From Guillardia theta CCMP2712 (taxonomy: Eukaryota; Protista; Cryptophyta), in assembly GCF_000315625.1 (NCBI RefSeq), contig NW_005434616.1, forward strand, positions 1-64,000: DNA of 64,000 nucleotides. Reading direction: 5' to 3'. Shown here piece after piece: positions 12,101 through 24,800 of this stretch. Below the pieces are notes generated by a model, which made no database searches, was not told the origin of the DNA, and saw only the letters and a list, made by a program, of their open reading frames with translations. Both the position numbers and the translations under genes were made by a program. Every line of letters starts with the position of its first letter. The first letter of the stretch is position 1.

Positions 12101-12799
12101 ATGCAGTTTGCTGAGATCCCGTTCATTTCGAACATCTGGCCCGTCATCAAGAGCGAGGGGGGTTTCCCTCAAGGCTCAACCAAGAATCAGGGAAAGTACT
12201 CCATGTCGGACCTGGAGATCACGAGGACCTACGAGGAGACGAAGCAGAGGATTAGGGCGAGGTTTGCGAGCGAGGACCATTTCCACGACAGTTCTGTGCT
12301 CTACGAGGTGAAGATGCAGGAAATACTGCGAGGCGAGTGCAAGGAGAACTTCTCTGAGCAGAAGCATGGTTTCATCGAGGAGGACGATTCCTCCGATGCC
12401 CTGTCCCAAGAGTCCACTCCCGATGGCAGCTGCACGGTCCTGATGACTTTAGAGACGGCACGGGACAAGGCTCCCGTGGTAGACCTGCAGATCGTCTCTG
12501 CAAGTGAAGCTGTGGTGGAGGATGCGGACCTCGAAGACTTCAACGAACCACTCGACGACAGGGAGGGAGAGGTAGTTCCAGACTCTTTGAACGGATCTGC
12601 TCTTGTTCATTTCGCGGGAGTGTGTGAGGACGAGGCTGCTCTTGTTCATTTCGCGGGAGTGTGTGAGGACGAGGCGAGTCAGGCTTGCTGCAACCTCTCT
12701 CATGAGGAGCTGATGAGGAACATCGACGAAGCTCTCATCAACAACGAGCTTGCCATTGCTGAATGTCAGTTCGAGATCCGGAGAAGCTGTTGTGCCTGA
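12101..12799 (+). CDS. Hypothetical acidic protein, single exon
   Basis: 232-aa open frame with coding-like codon use; no recognised domain. Confidence 0.55.
   Translation: MQFAEIPFISNIWPVIKSEGGFPQGSTKNQGKYSMSDLEITRTYEETKQRIRARFASEDHFHDSSVLYEVKMQEILRGECKENFSEQKHGFIEEDDSSDALSQESTPDGSCTVLMTLETARDKAPVVDLQIVSASEAVVEDADLEDFNEPLDDREGEVVPDSLNGSALVHFAGVCEDEAALVHFAGVCEDEASQACCNLSHEELMRNIDEALINNELAIAECQFEIRRSCCA
12597..12675 (+). repeat. In-frame 39-bp direct duplication (ALVHFAGVCEDEA x2)
   Basis: ctgctcttgttcatttcgcgggagtgtgtgaggacgagg occurs twice in tandem. Confidence 0.95.
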
Positions 12800-13048
12800 G
12801 GAGGCGAGGCCTCTCCCTGAGAACTGAAAGAGGTGAGGAGGTGAAAGTTTGTGCCTGCCCCTTTGCCTGGATGTACTTTGAGATGATACGTTGGAGATTC
12901 AAAGAATTTTGTGATACCGCGATGTGCTTGATAAACAGATGCACACAGCATGATTTTTTGCGCATGCTGATTGTTTCATAGATACGATTCATTCCGTTAT
13001 GTTGCTGATGAATAAAATCTGACAAACTCTGGCTTGCACTCTCTTGCT

Positions 13049-15238
13049 TCAAGTGCTCTTGTTCGAATTACTCGCGCGGTGCAGTCGGACACTCTCCTTG
13101 TTCTTCAACTCTCGCGCTGCGCGTCATCCAAGTCAAGGACAATCTAATCAACCTCTGCGTCTCACATTTCACGATCTCGGATAATCTTTCAAGGATGTCT
13201 TCACGTTTCTGCAGCAGCCTGAGCCAGAAGTGACTTCGCCCTCCTCCTTCCCTCTGCCCTCACGGAGTGATGGCGTCCCGCGACACCTTGGCAAGCTCGC
13301 AGCGGCGAGTCGCCTGGCGTGGCATGAAAGTTAAGACCAAGGGCGAAGGCAAGTTGTCACTACCGTGATGGTGGCAGTCCGGGGGTTACCGAAGAGGAGC
13401 GTCATCTCACCTACTGTAGACAAGCGCTCAGTCACACTGGGATCAGGACCGGAACCCCCGGCTCTCCGCCGCCTGCCTGCATCTGCCGGCCCGAGGCTCG
13501 CCACGTCAATGGAGGCCTCTAGGGACAACCTGTCCGACCATGAGTCGCTGCTGCTCGAGGCTCGAAAGCTCACTGACCAGATGGTCACTTTGAGGCTGCC
13601 GCTGACGACGACGTACATGCTGTCGTCTGCCTCGGGACTTTCCCCCTGCTCAAAGAGAACCTGCCGCCATCATCAGGGCACGTGAAGCTATACGTGACCG
13701 AAGAGTCATAACCTGATCGGATGCCAAACTCACGTAGACACATCTGCTCGCCAATTCCACTCGCTCCTGCTCGTCGAGCAGCTGCCGCGGGACCGTCAGG
13801 TCGGGACTGGCAACAGGCGGAGGGAGGGGGGAGAGTCTTCACCGTGAAGAGCTCGGACTTGGCTTTGAGCAAGGCCTCCTCGATCAGGTCTCTCTCCGCC
13901 AGCACCTGGATGCTTCACACGGGCTCACAAACAGCAGCAGACCATCGCTGTGCCTGCCTATCGCCTTTGGTCCCGAGCTGAATGCCGAACCGCATGGGAC
14001 CCTCGATGCCGCCGACTGAACCTGCCTCCTCCCCGTTGATGAAGAACTTCATGACCCCTGGTTCATCCACCAGTCAGATCGAGCAGGCACCTCCGACATT
14101 CTGCTGCCTCCGTAGGCCATGACGGGGAGAAGCTCTCCAGCTGCGGACCTCTCTTTCTTCCACTTCCCCTGCACTTTGTACTGGAACCCTTCATACCTGC
14201 GAGGTCACACTCAGGCCGGGGCAGGGGGCAGGCTGACAGCAGCGTCTCTTCCTGCAGACGAGGCTGTCTTGCTCCAGCAGCGCGATCTCGTTGTTGGGAG
14301 GTCTCGTCAGGGTCGTTGCCTTGGACTTCTGACTGAAGGTTCCAGTCAACCATCGAGAGCACGGAGTTGCCTGTCGGCCTCACTTCATGTAGTACTTCCG
14401 TCTCCTCAGCCGGATGTACTGGCACAGATGGTACTCCCCGTACTGCCCGATCGGCACCTCCAACCTTGCCTGTCCCTGCAGCTCCACCACACAGTTTTGC
14501 TCCCCTTTGAACACTGTTACGATCCTCCCCGGTCCCAGACTCGCCAGGCTCAGCGGCGGCAGCGGCATCACGTCCATGCCGACCTCTGCCATCGTTCCCA
14601 CCCCTTCCTCGCACGTCACGAGCTTCCCAAACCTCAGCCCGTGATCCACGTGCTCGGACCAATGCACGGGGAGCGCTGGAGCGAAGGCTTGAGGACAGGT
14701 CAGTGAAGGAGATGAGCTCACCTAGCTTGCTTCCCGCCTTGATCTCTCCTCGGTCATTCATGTAGAATGCCTGCAAGGAGGTCACTGGCAGGGGCTCCCA
14801 TGGAATTCACCCTCCTTACCAACCCGTCTCTCGATTTCTCGTGCCAGCCTTTGCAGCAGAGTCAGTTTGCAGACGCTCGGTTGCACGCACCTGCCTTCCA
14901 TGCACGTTGCTGCCCATCTGTAGTCGGCATCCTTTGTTTCTTCCTCTCGGGGGATAGGAAGAACCCCTCTCCGCTCCTCTGCGTCGCCTGCGACTTTGAT
15001 CGCACCGATGGCGAAGCATCCTCTTGCTCTGACTACTCTGCAGGACAGCTCATAGCATCCTCCTCTCAGCACTGCTGGAGCTCATTACGCCACCTGCCTC
15101 ACTTTCCTCGTCCGCCTCCTCACCTTTGCTGCTAAGCGCTGTCGAGTACGGAGCTTTCATCGCACTCGCTCCTGCGACGAGCGACTGACCGTGCGACTCG
15201 ATCCGCCACTCGCTCCACCCAGACGTCGCCATGTCCAT
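13049..15238 (-). CDS. Cyclic-nucleotide-binding domain protein with a probable upstream SPRY-like domain
   Basis: SMYVVVSGSLKV...TVGEMTLLFGNPRTATI...CELAKVSRD is a cNMP-binding cassette. VMKFFINGEEAGSVGGIEGPMRFGIQL resembles a SPRY C-terminal strand pattern. Confidence 0.7.
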
Positions 15239-15645
15239 GGGCTTTGGAGGTCGAGGTCAAGGTGGGAGCTCAGGAGGAAGGAGGCAGCAGGAGCACAGCG
15301 GCTCCTTTAGCGCTCCTTGCTCGCCCCTGTGCGCTCATTGGAGTGAGGGCCATCGTGAGATTTGACTAGGTCTGTCAAAAATTATGAGAGGACTCGGAAG
15401 CAGCGAGGTGGTGGCGCGAAGGACGTGAAGCATGGCGCGAGGGAGGAGGAGGATGAAGAGACGCAGCTCTCGGAAACGGTCAGCTCATTGTTTAATGGCG
15501 CCTGACGTCGTGATCAAACTCAGCTGCTGCCCGCGAGCCATTCAGGCCTTGCGAGGGGAGGTGCGAGAGTTGAAGAAGGAAAAGAGAGAAAGGATAAGGT
15601 GACAACGATGAATGATAGAAGGTGGGAAGGGAACGTGCGGAAGCG

Positions 15646-16353
15646 TCAATCTGATACTGCTAATGGCGAGCCAGGCGCAGATCTCTCCTGGCGCAACCGC
15701 CTCACGTCCTTTACCAAGTCGAGGCAGGTGTCGACTTCAGGCTCGAGAGCTCGGATCTGAGGGATCCACTTGACTTCCTCCTGCTGACCCTGGCAGATCT
15801 CTTCCGCATCGCTCTCTTGCTCAACATTGACAGGGACCTTCTCTTGGAGCTGGGCAGGCGGAATCCTCTTCTCATCTTGCGTTTCTTCTGCTAGCCGGCA
15901 TCCGATGGTGTCTACGGTAGCGATGTAGTCGCTCAGCTGGTCTTCCTCCCTCATAGACTGCAAGTAGCTTCCTCTCTTGCTCTTGTTCTTCCGGCACGCC
16001 ATGTGCAATGTGATGGCCGCGGATCGAGGAGACAGAATCGGAGCTTTGGTGGATTGAAAGGACAACACTCGCGGTGTTGTGGCGACGCTCTTGTCATCGT
16101 CGTTATTTCCTGAGTCTTGATAGTTGAGAAGGCTGATCGCCGATTGAAGAGATGTTCTCGAGATGCTCGTCATCCCATTCCTCAACCGAGGGTCATGCAG
16201 GTCCCCCTTCCCCATCGAGTATGGCTTCTGCATCGACAGCATCCGAGCTTTCAAGATTTCTGAGTTCTCGTGTCTCGCTTGTGTGATGAGGTATGCCTCG
16301 TCGCTCTCGTGGTCCCGTCCACAACAAGCCAAATTAGAATGTTCGTTCCCCAT
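15646..16353 (-). CDS. Hypothetical single-exon protein with predicted N-myristoylation/palmitoylation
   Basis: Open frame; ATG at 16353 gives MGNEHSNLACCG (MGxxxS plus CC). Confidence 0.6.
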   Translation of the reverse strand: MGNEHSNLACCGRDHESDEAYLITQARHENSEILKARMLSMQKPYSMGKGDLHDPRLRNGMTSISRTSLQSAISLLNYQDSGNNDDDKSVATTPRVLSFQSTKAPILSPRSAAITLHMACRKNKSKRGSYLQSMREEDQLSDYIATVDTIGCRLAEETQDEKRIPPAQLQEKVPVNVEQESDAEEICQGQQEEVKWIPQIRALEPEVDTCLDLVKDVRRLRQERSAPGSPLAVSD

Positions 16354-17050
16354 TGAGATTCGGAAAACACGCCTTGTCCCAATGCAAGCAGAGAACAAGT
16401 GCAAGTGCTCGCTTCAGGGATCTCCTCAATGTGATTTGAGCTGGTCGATCGAAGCTCCTCCCTGCATACACTTCAAGCCCAAGTACTCACTAAGAACCTC
16501 CACCCTAGGGAAGATGTTGAGTCGGGAGCCAAGGATAGACCAATCGCTAGAGAAACACGGGCTGAGTCCAGGAGTTGCAGTCGGAAAAGATATGAGTATC
16601 AACGTATGAAGTGGGACGTATCCTTCTTCGAGTCAATTGCAAGACCGCGAGTCTGAGGAAACGAGCTGGCCTCGCCTGCTCACGAGCAAAGAGTAAGCGG
16701 CCAGAAGTTGATACAGGCGAGAAAGCAGACAAGGGAAGGGTGCAGGTGGTGAAGAAAGGAAGGTGAGTCAGGTAGAAGACATTATCCAGACGAAGGGCAC
16801 AAATGCAGAGAGGAATTTATCAGGTGGGGCTCCAGGTGGACGGGGATGGGAATGGAGTAAAGTGAGAGATAGAGACAAAGAGACCGTAACGAGAGATCGA
16901 GAGGAGAGGGAAAGGGAGGGAGAGCAGCAGTGGGGGATATACCGTGACAAGGGAAGGTGAAGTAAGAAGAGGAAAGGAGGGAGGGAGGGAGGGAGGGAGG
17001 GAGGGAGGGAGAAGGGGAAGGGGGGGGGGGGAGGCGGACCGTGGCGTTGG

Positions 17051-17150
17051 NNNNNNNNNNNNNNNNNNNNNNNNNNNNNNNNNNNNNNNNNNNNNNNNNN
17101 NNNNNNNNNNNNNNNNNNNNNNNNNNNNNNNNNNNNNNNNNNNNNNNNNN
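17051..17150. other. Assembly gap (100 N)
   Basis: Run of N preceded by (GGGA)n/poly-G low-complexity sequence. Confidence 1.
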
Positions 17151-18053
17151 CTCACGAACTTCTTCTCTCAGCTCCCAATTCTCCTGCGCTCTCTCTCAAT
17201 GTAAGCACATCGCAAACTCGCACCAACCTGCTCCAACTTCGCACTCCGCTCCTCCAGCTTCTTTCTGTCGCTCTCACCTCCACCTCCCGCTTGACCCACG
17301 GCAGCAGGAGCTTCTCGCTGGTGGTTGTGAGAAGAGGAGGCGTCGTGAGACTGCTCGAGGAAGAGGCAGAGATGCTCGAGGGAAGCCAGTCCTCGCTGAT
17401 GGCAACAAGCCTGCAACCTGAAGAGCATGTCAAGACAATAAGACAAAGCCAGCACAAGCCCAAGCACAAGCGCAGCGCCCTGCTTGTTGTGTTGTCGAGG
17501 AGAGAGAGTGGGCGATAGGGGGTGGTTGAGGCAGTCAGGTACAATATTCATAGGGGGGGTAGTCAGACACAAAAGGCAACTGGAAAGGTATATAGGGAAA
17601 TAGGGGGTTGAAGGGGTGCCAAATAGGGGTGGGGGATGATTTCCATGGGGGTACCAGAGCAAGGGGGTGGTTTTGATTTGGAAACAGGGGTGGAATCGGA
17701 AATTCATATCATCCCAAGGGTCTCTGGTTTGAACAGTCAAATTATCGGAAAGTTCAAAAATTGTACCCTAAATTGGAGATATTTGTGGCAACTTTTCGAT
17801 TGACAGCAGATATTTTGTGTGCACAGCATTTCAAAAAAATCAAACATGAGGTCAACGAGTACCCCCGGCGGTGAAATCGGAGAGCGGAAAACCAGCCGAT
17901 GGCATATCAAGATTTTGTTTCTTTTACAGATATTTTTTTTTAGGGTGTCAGGTAATTCGGACTCGACGTACGGTATGTACCGCAACCGTCTGGTGATCAT
18001 GATGGAAGCGCTATAGTGTCTCCTACTAGCTCCATGCTGCCTGCCCACGAGTT

Positions 18054-19185
18054 TCAGGCGGAGACATCCGAATCACTTCCACCTTTCTTGCTCATCGCCC
18101 TCAACATCACCAGGTCCGAAGCCAACTGGTTGAGAGTCAACTTGAGATACAGGAAGGGGAATAGCAGGCAATGACGACTTCTCTGCAAACAGCTTTCGTG
18201 TTGAACAACTCATCTTCAAGATCCTGCACAATTTGATTGTTACACCATGCTCAAATCAAATTTGGACTTGACGGAAACCTCATTTCTTCTAAGCAAGTCT
18301 TCCATAGCCTTCTACTTGCTCCAATCACAGACTTTTACGCAAAAGGAAGGACGATCATTACTTGATCTTTGTCGACCCTCGACTTAAAGTCCAAGAGCTG
18401 CACTTCACTTTTCTTCATGGTTTCTTCCAGTCTGTCTAACATCTCGAATGCCTATTCATGCAGCATGTCACAAGAGCCGCTTTAGATTCGAAATGCCTTT
18501 GCAATAGAGCTGTTCACTTCTTCCCCAACGACGATGGTCGAATCCTTTTCTAGTTTCAGAACCTCTTTCTTTTTGTCTTCAAACAGAGCATTTCTTCTGC
18601 GGCGAATCATGAGAGCAATGGAGACCAGGACAGTCATGACAAGTAACGTCAACACAACCTGCATTGTGAAATCAGCAAACCCTCGCTTGTAAATATCAAA
18701 CGGTTCTACAATTACCATCTCAAGGGAGAACAGTCCCATAAAAACAGACTTGCATTGGTCTGAATGAACGTAGTTGGATTTGTAATCTGTGCAAGACGTT
18801 ATCATCAAGAGTTGCTTTATATTCATATTCTATTGCCTTGCAGAGTCTTGTTCATGGCGACCAGAGCTTGCTCTGCTTGCTCCCTCTTCACCTCCACCGT
18901 TTCTACAATTTTCCGCAGAGCCTCTATCTGACTGACGAGGAAGCCGTCATCTGATGCAGGGACCCCGATACAAGTGCTATCCACTCCATTATGTTGCTGC
19001 TCTGCACCCCGACGATCCGGAGCTCCAGTGCGACTCTCTCGCATCGTCCACGTCCCTTCCGTCACCGTCTTGCCACCCCCCGTCTCCAACATCTTTCTCC
19101 GTTCGCCCTTGATCATCATCCACAAGATGCCTGCTCCGCATGCCCCTCGCACCAGCTGCTGTGCCCTGTGGTGCACTCCCGCCAT
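18054..19185 (-). CDS. Hypothetical membrane-anchored coiled-coil protein
   Basis: Spliced exons with TM segment VVLTLLVMTVLVSIALMI+RRRR and heptad-rich segments; stop after KGGSDSDVSA. Confidence 0.6.
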
Positions 19186-20855
19186 TTTTGCCGCTCTCGA
19201 GTGGAATTGGGGATTTGCAAGGTAGGGGTGGTCACATAGAGTCTTCTTTTATCGAAAAGGGGGGTGGGGGTGGGGGGTGACGAGGCTAGTCAGAGTTGCT
19301 AGCTAGCTAGCTAGGTACTGCACGTATCGACGCCCCGAGATGACAAAGAGCAGCACCGGGTATGCCAGCCAACTCGGGCAACAGTGGCTGGTTTAAAACC
19401 AATATTTTATATTAAAGGTACAAAAAGTAAACCACGGAGTACTGATCGAGATTGTATTGATCTGTATTATTTTGTATTGTAATATACTAAAATGTTTTAT
19501 CTTTGTGAAGAAAATTTTGTGTTTTGCCATATATCAAATTTACATATTTGTAGGGAGTAAAACCGCCATTTTTTATTATATCCTCTCGGTGACGACTCGG
19601 AGAATGGCCGGTCGGAGACGGGGGTGTACCCTTTGGAATACTCTTTTATAGGGGTGGGGGTGATATATATTGACGTTTGGACCCCTATTTTTATTAATTA
19701 AGATTGGGGTCCAATTTTATCGAGGTGGGTATATTGCTATTTGATGTGCCGGACCATCGGTCGGCAAGGGGGTAGTGCTTCAGCACACTACACCCGTGTA
19801 CCAGCCTGTGATCCGAGGGGTGAGGTGGGGGTGGGGTACTGACGGAGATAGAGTTCAGTCATCAGTGGGGTGGGGGGTCCAAGAACCAAAATGTTGGCGT
19901 ATCGGAAGCGGGGAGGGAAGCCGAATAAGGGGGTAGGGGGTACGATCAACTGATACAGCAAGGGGTAGTGTTACTTCTTAAACCGGTACACAGGACTCTG
20001 CATTTTGATTTCAACCTCAAATTGTTTTAAAAGATTTTGAAAATATTTACAATAAATACATTCACTATGGCTAAAACTTGATAGGAATTTGATCGGTCAC
20101 CGGTAGTAGGAATTCAAGTGGGGTCTTCCATCGAAATTGACCCTACATGGTGGGTAGGGTCAGACCCCGCCAATGTCAAAGGAACAAAGGGAACTCCGAC
20201 CGAAAGTCCCAACAGAGCAAGCGACTGAGAAGGAACGGGAGCCAGGGAAACAACGGATCGATGGTGCAGTTGGGTGGCGAGGATATGAGGGGAACAGGGA
20301 GGAACGGTGAGAGGACATGAGGATGAGAGCTTGTAGTTGATCAAAGGAGGAAGTGAGGGAGGAAGACAAACTCAGAGTGTTCGAAGTAGGAGGGAGGGAA
20401 GGAGGGAGGGAAGCGAGTTTGATGTTATGCACCCACCGGGATTTGAAGGATGACGAAGAGGGAATCAGAGATAGGGAGGAAGTGAGGCAACCAAGTGGGG
20501 AACAGGGTCGGATGTGAAAGAAGTACAGGCGATTGTGCTGGCGAACTGAGTTTCGGAGCGAAAGATTCTGTTCTGGCAACTTTTTAATGATCTGCTCAGC
20601 AAGGAAAGAGCTGAAATATCATCAAGAGAATTTGATGGTATCGCAAATCTGTACAACCCATATGAGTCACGAAGAAGGAGATGTCGGAAAGGTTGTGAGA
20701 GAGTGATGGAGTTGCGAGGAATCGAGGAAATAAACCAGTACGAGATGGACATGTGGGGATTGCAGAGTAGTATCAACGGTGACTCGAGGTAGATCAATCA
20801 TGACCTTGTCTGTTTGCAGGTCTTTAGGTCAACATTTTATCAGAAGCACCGTACG

Positions 20856-21734
20856 ATGGCCCCATGCATGAGAATCGAGAATATCATCGCCTGTGATTCA
20901 AACTTGGCCTCAGAGGCTACCTCAGACGACTGGATGCATGTCGACCAGAAGGATCTGCAGACTGTGCTGCCGAAGATGAAGACTTTCCTTCCGAATGTTA
21001 ACGAGCATCCTGCATCCAGCGGCACTTGCTCTGATGTAGCTGTGGTGCATGATTCAAGCGTATTGACACAATTGCATGTGCTGGCTACCTGCTGCTCCAG
21101 TCAGTCGCCACAGACTCTTCCCAGCTTGAAACTGCTGATCCACCAGGCCTCTCAACACAAGCTGGGTGGCTCCAACGCCGCATGGCTTGCTCAACCTGTG
21201 AGCTCGTCGAGCCTCAGTGCATTCAAGCCCGTCCATGCGACTATGTTGTGGAAGAATCAGCTAGTTGATCCCAAGCTGCTGCAGGCGTCTAGCGGTCTCG
21301 CTGCGCCAACGCCCTCCTTCATCCCCACCAGCATCCAAGATCAAGCATTGCGTCCGGCAAAGCGACTCCGTTCGCAAACCCTGACGGCCAAAGATGCGGT
21401 GGAGATTTACAGCAAGAGGCCGGCTATTGTAAGTGCAGTTCTGATGAATGGAACTCACGCCGCTAAGGTATGTCCACCTTCTCCTCCTCGCCACCAGCAT
21501 GTTGACGTCGATGCAGTTCGCCAAAGCTTATCATGTCGCGACAAACACGATCCGAGACATCTGGAATCGACGGAGCTGGGTTACCGTCACATACCCCTAC
21601 TGGACACCTGAGGTAACCGGGAGGACGGGTAGTGAGGTAGACTTTGACCGTCGTTGCAGGAGCACAAGTCTTTCCGTCACTTGAACCCTGAGGTCTACAA
21701 GAAACTTGTACGTTGCAACAGCAACAAGGAATAA
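20856..21734 (+). CDS. Putative DNA-binding protein with C-terminal HTH resembling the HNH-endonuclease-associated HTH
   Basis: Introns 21468-21516 and 21613-21659 give LTAKDAVEIY...AAK|FAKAYHVATNTIRDIWNRRSWVTVTYPYWTPE|EHK. NLS-like RPAKRLR precedes it. Confidence 0.75.
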
Positions 21735-21862
21735 GATATATTCGTATTCTTCTCTGAAATGTACTTTAATTTACGCTATGTCGGATCGAGAGGAGAATTC
21801 AGTCGTTAAGCTAGTGAATCTTAAATAAATGTGTCGACCTTCATCGTTTCATGTATTTCTCC

Positions 21863-24800
21863 TCACCACCTGTGGATCCTGTTGACATCTCCAGGGGTGA
21901 TGGGAGTCAGGGGGAGGCGACTGCGGGCAGAAAGGTCCTGCTGTTTGACTCTCTTATCCCGCTGCTGGTGCCTGTCCAAAAAGCAGCTCAGCAACAGCCG
22001 ACCAGTCTGAGTGTCATACCTGGATGCCAGTGCGATGGCATTAGGGTCGTCAAGAGAGCCAGAGTCTCCTTGGCCTTCCCTCGCAAGACGGTCTTGCAGA
22101 GAAGAGATCATCGTCGAGAGCTGGAAAGGCAACCTTGTGAGGAGAAGAGCAGCTAGCAAGGCAACACGAGGGACCTTGGGGCTCTCGAGCGGTTGGCTGA
22201 GGTGCCGGACCGTGGTTCCTGACAAGTTCAACGCTGAAGCATCCATGCCCTCGGGGTGCTTCGAGGGAGAAGGAGAGTGCATCTGGGATGAAGTCTCCAA
22301 GACATCAGCTGACGACCATGGCAGGTTCAAGACACTGGGGCTCTGTTGCATATCCTTTACGGTGAGAGCGACCTGTGATGAGCTTGAATGAGCTTCAACG
22401 TGCAAGGGAGAAGCTCTCTCACCTGCAGATTCTGTGCAGAGACATTCCTTGAGTTGCTGTCGTGAAAGCTCTTTGGGTGGGCGGGAGATAGAATTGGCCC
22501 CTGCGCTGGAGGCGACGCGTTCTTGGACACTTCCCCGTTGATGGAAAATTTCGACGAGGAGCCGCAACGTGAACACTTCGACAAGTTCTCAGCCTCATGC
22601 CGACGTCTGGCGAATCAATGTCAGCTCATTCCTTGCCATCGTGACAAAAACAAGAGATATACTTCTTCTCTTCAAGCAATCTGCATCTGGTATCTTCCAA
22701 CTCAAGGATCAGAACTCGATTGCAGTCACGCAGTCTTTGCATCCCTGCGCTTTCGTTTTGCACAGGACTCATTTGTGAGATTTCTCGCTGAATTTCGTCC
22801 TTTTCTCGCTTCCAAGTATTCTCAGAATGAGTCAGTTGTGCATGGATCTGCGAATTTTTTTGGTTTAGATCATGAGCCTGTTGCTTCAACTTTTCCATTT
22901 TCAAATTTGCCCGCTCTCGCTCAGAGTACAATTGTGATGTCCTGAGACACATGTCAGCTGCCGACTTGAGCGAAGAAGGTGTACTTTTCTTTGAGAATCG
23001 AATATTTGCTTGAGATTCGCTCGTTTTCTTTTTCCAGGAGGCGAATCGTCTCGGTGGCCTGTTTCAAGCTTCTCCAAGGATCTTGATTGACATCAAGCCC
23101 TCCACTTTCACAACCCTTTCCTCTCATTGACTGCAGTTCCCTATGTGCATGTCTTAGATCAGCTTGCGAATCGTCAAGTCCTCACTTCTCCAACTCCAAA
23201 CATCGCAGCTGCAAGGACTTGTTCATCTGGTTCAACTTCTGTGTGGAACAAGAGTGAATACTGTACCTACTGAATGACCTAGAGGACCACACTGACCTCT
23301 CTTTCTTCCCGGCCATCTGCTACTGCTTGGTCTCGCGAGGAAATTGCTGCGGAAAATTTTTGGAACGAAACAAATTCTCTCTCACAGATGAAATTACCTT
23401 TATCTAGCTGCATTCTCAAGTCCTCCATCAACCTTTCGGCGGTCGCTTGTTGTTGATGTGCACTAGAGTGAAGTTCTTTTTGCCTTCTTTCATAATTTTT
23501 CAAGGCCGACTCCCTCTCTCTCAAAGCTTGTTGCGCAGCCTCACGAGTGTCCGACAAGCTGCGCTGCAAGATTTCCATCTCTTTACGAAGGTGGAAATTT
23601 TCTTGCACAAGTGTTCCATAGTCTTTCTCTGTCGTATTCAAGTTTCCTACATTGTCCAGTGCACCATTCCATTCTTCTTTCAGCATCTTGATCTCGGATT
23701 GCAATCTTGCACATTCCAGCGTCTTCAGTTTGAGTTGTTCGTAGACTTTGCTGATTCTGTCCTTGCTTTCCAATTGTGCTTCTTCAAGTCTCCATTCAGC
23801 GTCGCGTTGAACTTTGTGAATCTCATCCCTCAAGGAAGATACTTTGACACGTTCCATGTCAAGCAGAGAGTCGAGTTGTTTCACCTTTTTCTTCAAGCTT
23901 TCCACCTGCTGTAAATGCACAACACTAAGATCGAAGCTTACTTTGACAACTATATTTACCTGTGAACGTCCATCTTGCACCCCGTGATGGCGCAAAAGAC
24001 CGTTGGTTTCATCCACTTTCAGATCCCTTTCTTTTTCAATCTCATTCTCTTGCATGCTCATTCTGAGAAGCTGGATTTCTGCCAAAAGCTTTTCTTGTGC
24101 ACATGTTGCCGTGTTGGATTCGCTTCTCAATTTCTGCTCTATGATTTTCAATTCGTTCGTCAATTCTGCAACTTCTGCTTCCTTTTCAATCAGATTCTGA
24201 TTCTTGATATTCAATTCACGAGCAATTTCCTGTCTCTGCCCCTCAGATTCAATCAAGTTTTGCTCCAACTCAAGCACTCTTGATTGTCTAGCTTCGGCTT
24301 CAACTTCAAGCTTTGAAACTGCTTCTTTGTCCACCTGCAATTGAGCTAGCTTGTGATTCAAATCCATCACAAGTTTTTCTGATTCGGAGAGCTTGATTTT
24401 GACACCTATGATTTGAAATGAGAGAGAAAATTAGACAGAGATTCAAAAGAACCTTGCAATTCCGCCTTCAATTCAACACCCTCGACGGCATTTTTTTCAC
24501 ATATAAATTTGTACTCTTCTTCATTTGTCAAGCAAATATCCAAAGTAGACTGCAATTTCTTGTTTTCCGATTTCAAAACAGATATCTCCGCATCTCTCTT
24601 GGCCATGGACTCGTCCAAGGCCTGATTGGAGCACTCAAGGGAATGTATTTCTTCTTTCAAACGGTCGATAGCCTGCACTCTTTCATCCAGCAACTCTTGG
24701 AGAATTCTCAAATCTTTGGACTGCTTGGCAAATTGATCTTCCAAAGATTTGTAGCTGGTTTCGTTCGAAGATAATTGTTCCTGCTGTCTCTGCGCGTTCT

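Noticed and set aside
17152-17740. Gene running into the assembly gap
   Set aside because: Several overlapping frames with no domain; cannot be resolved next to the gap.
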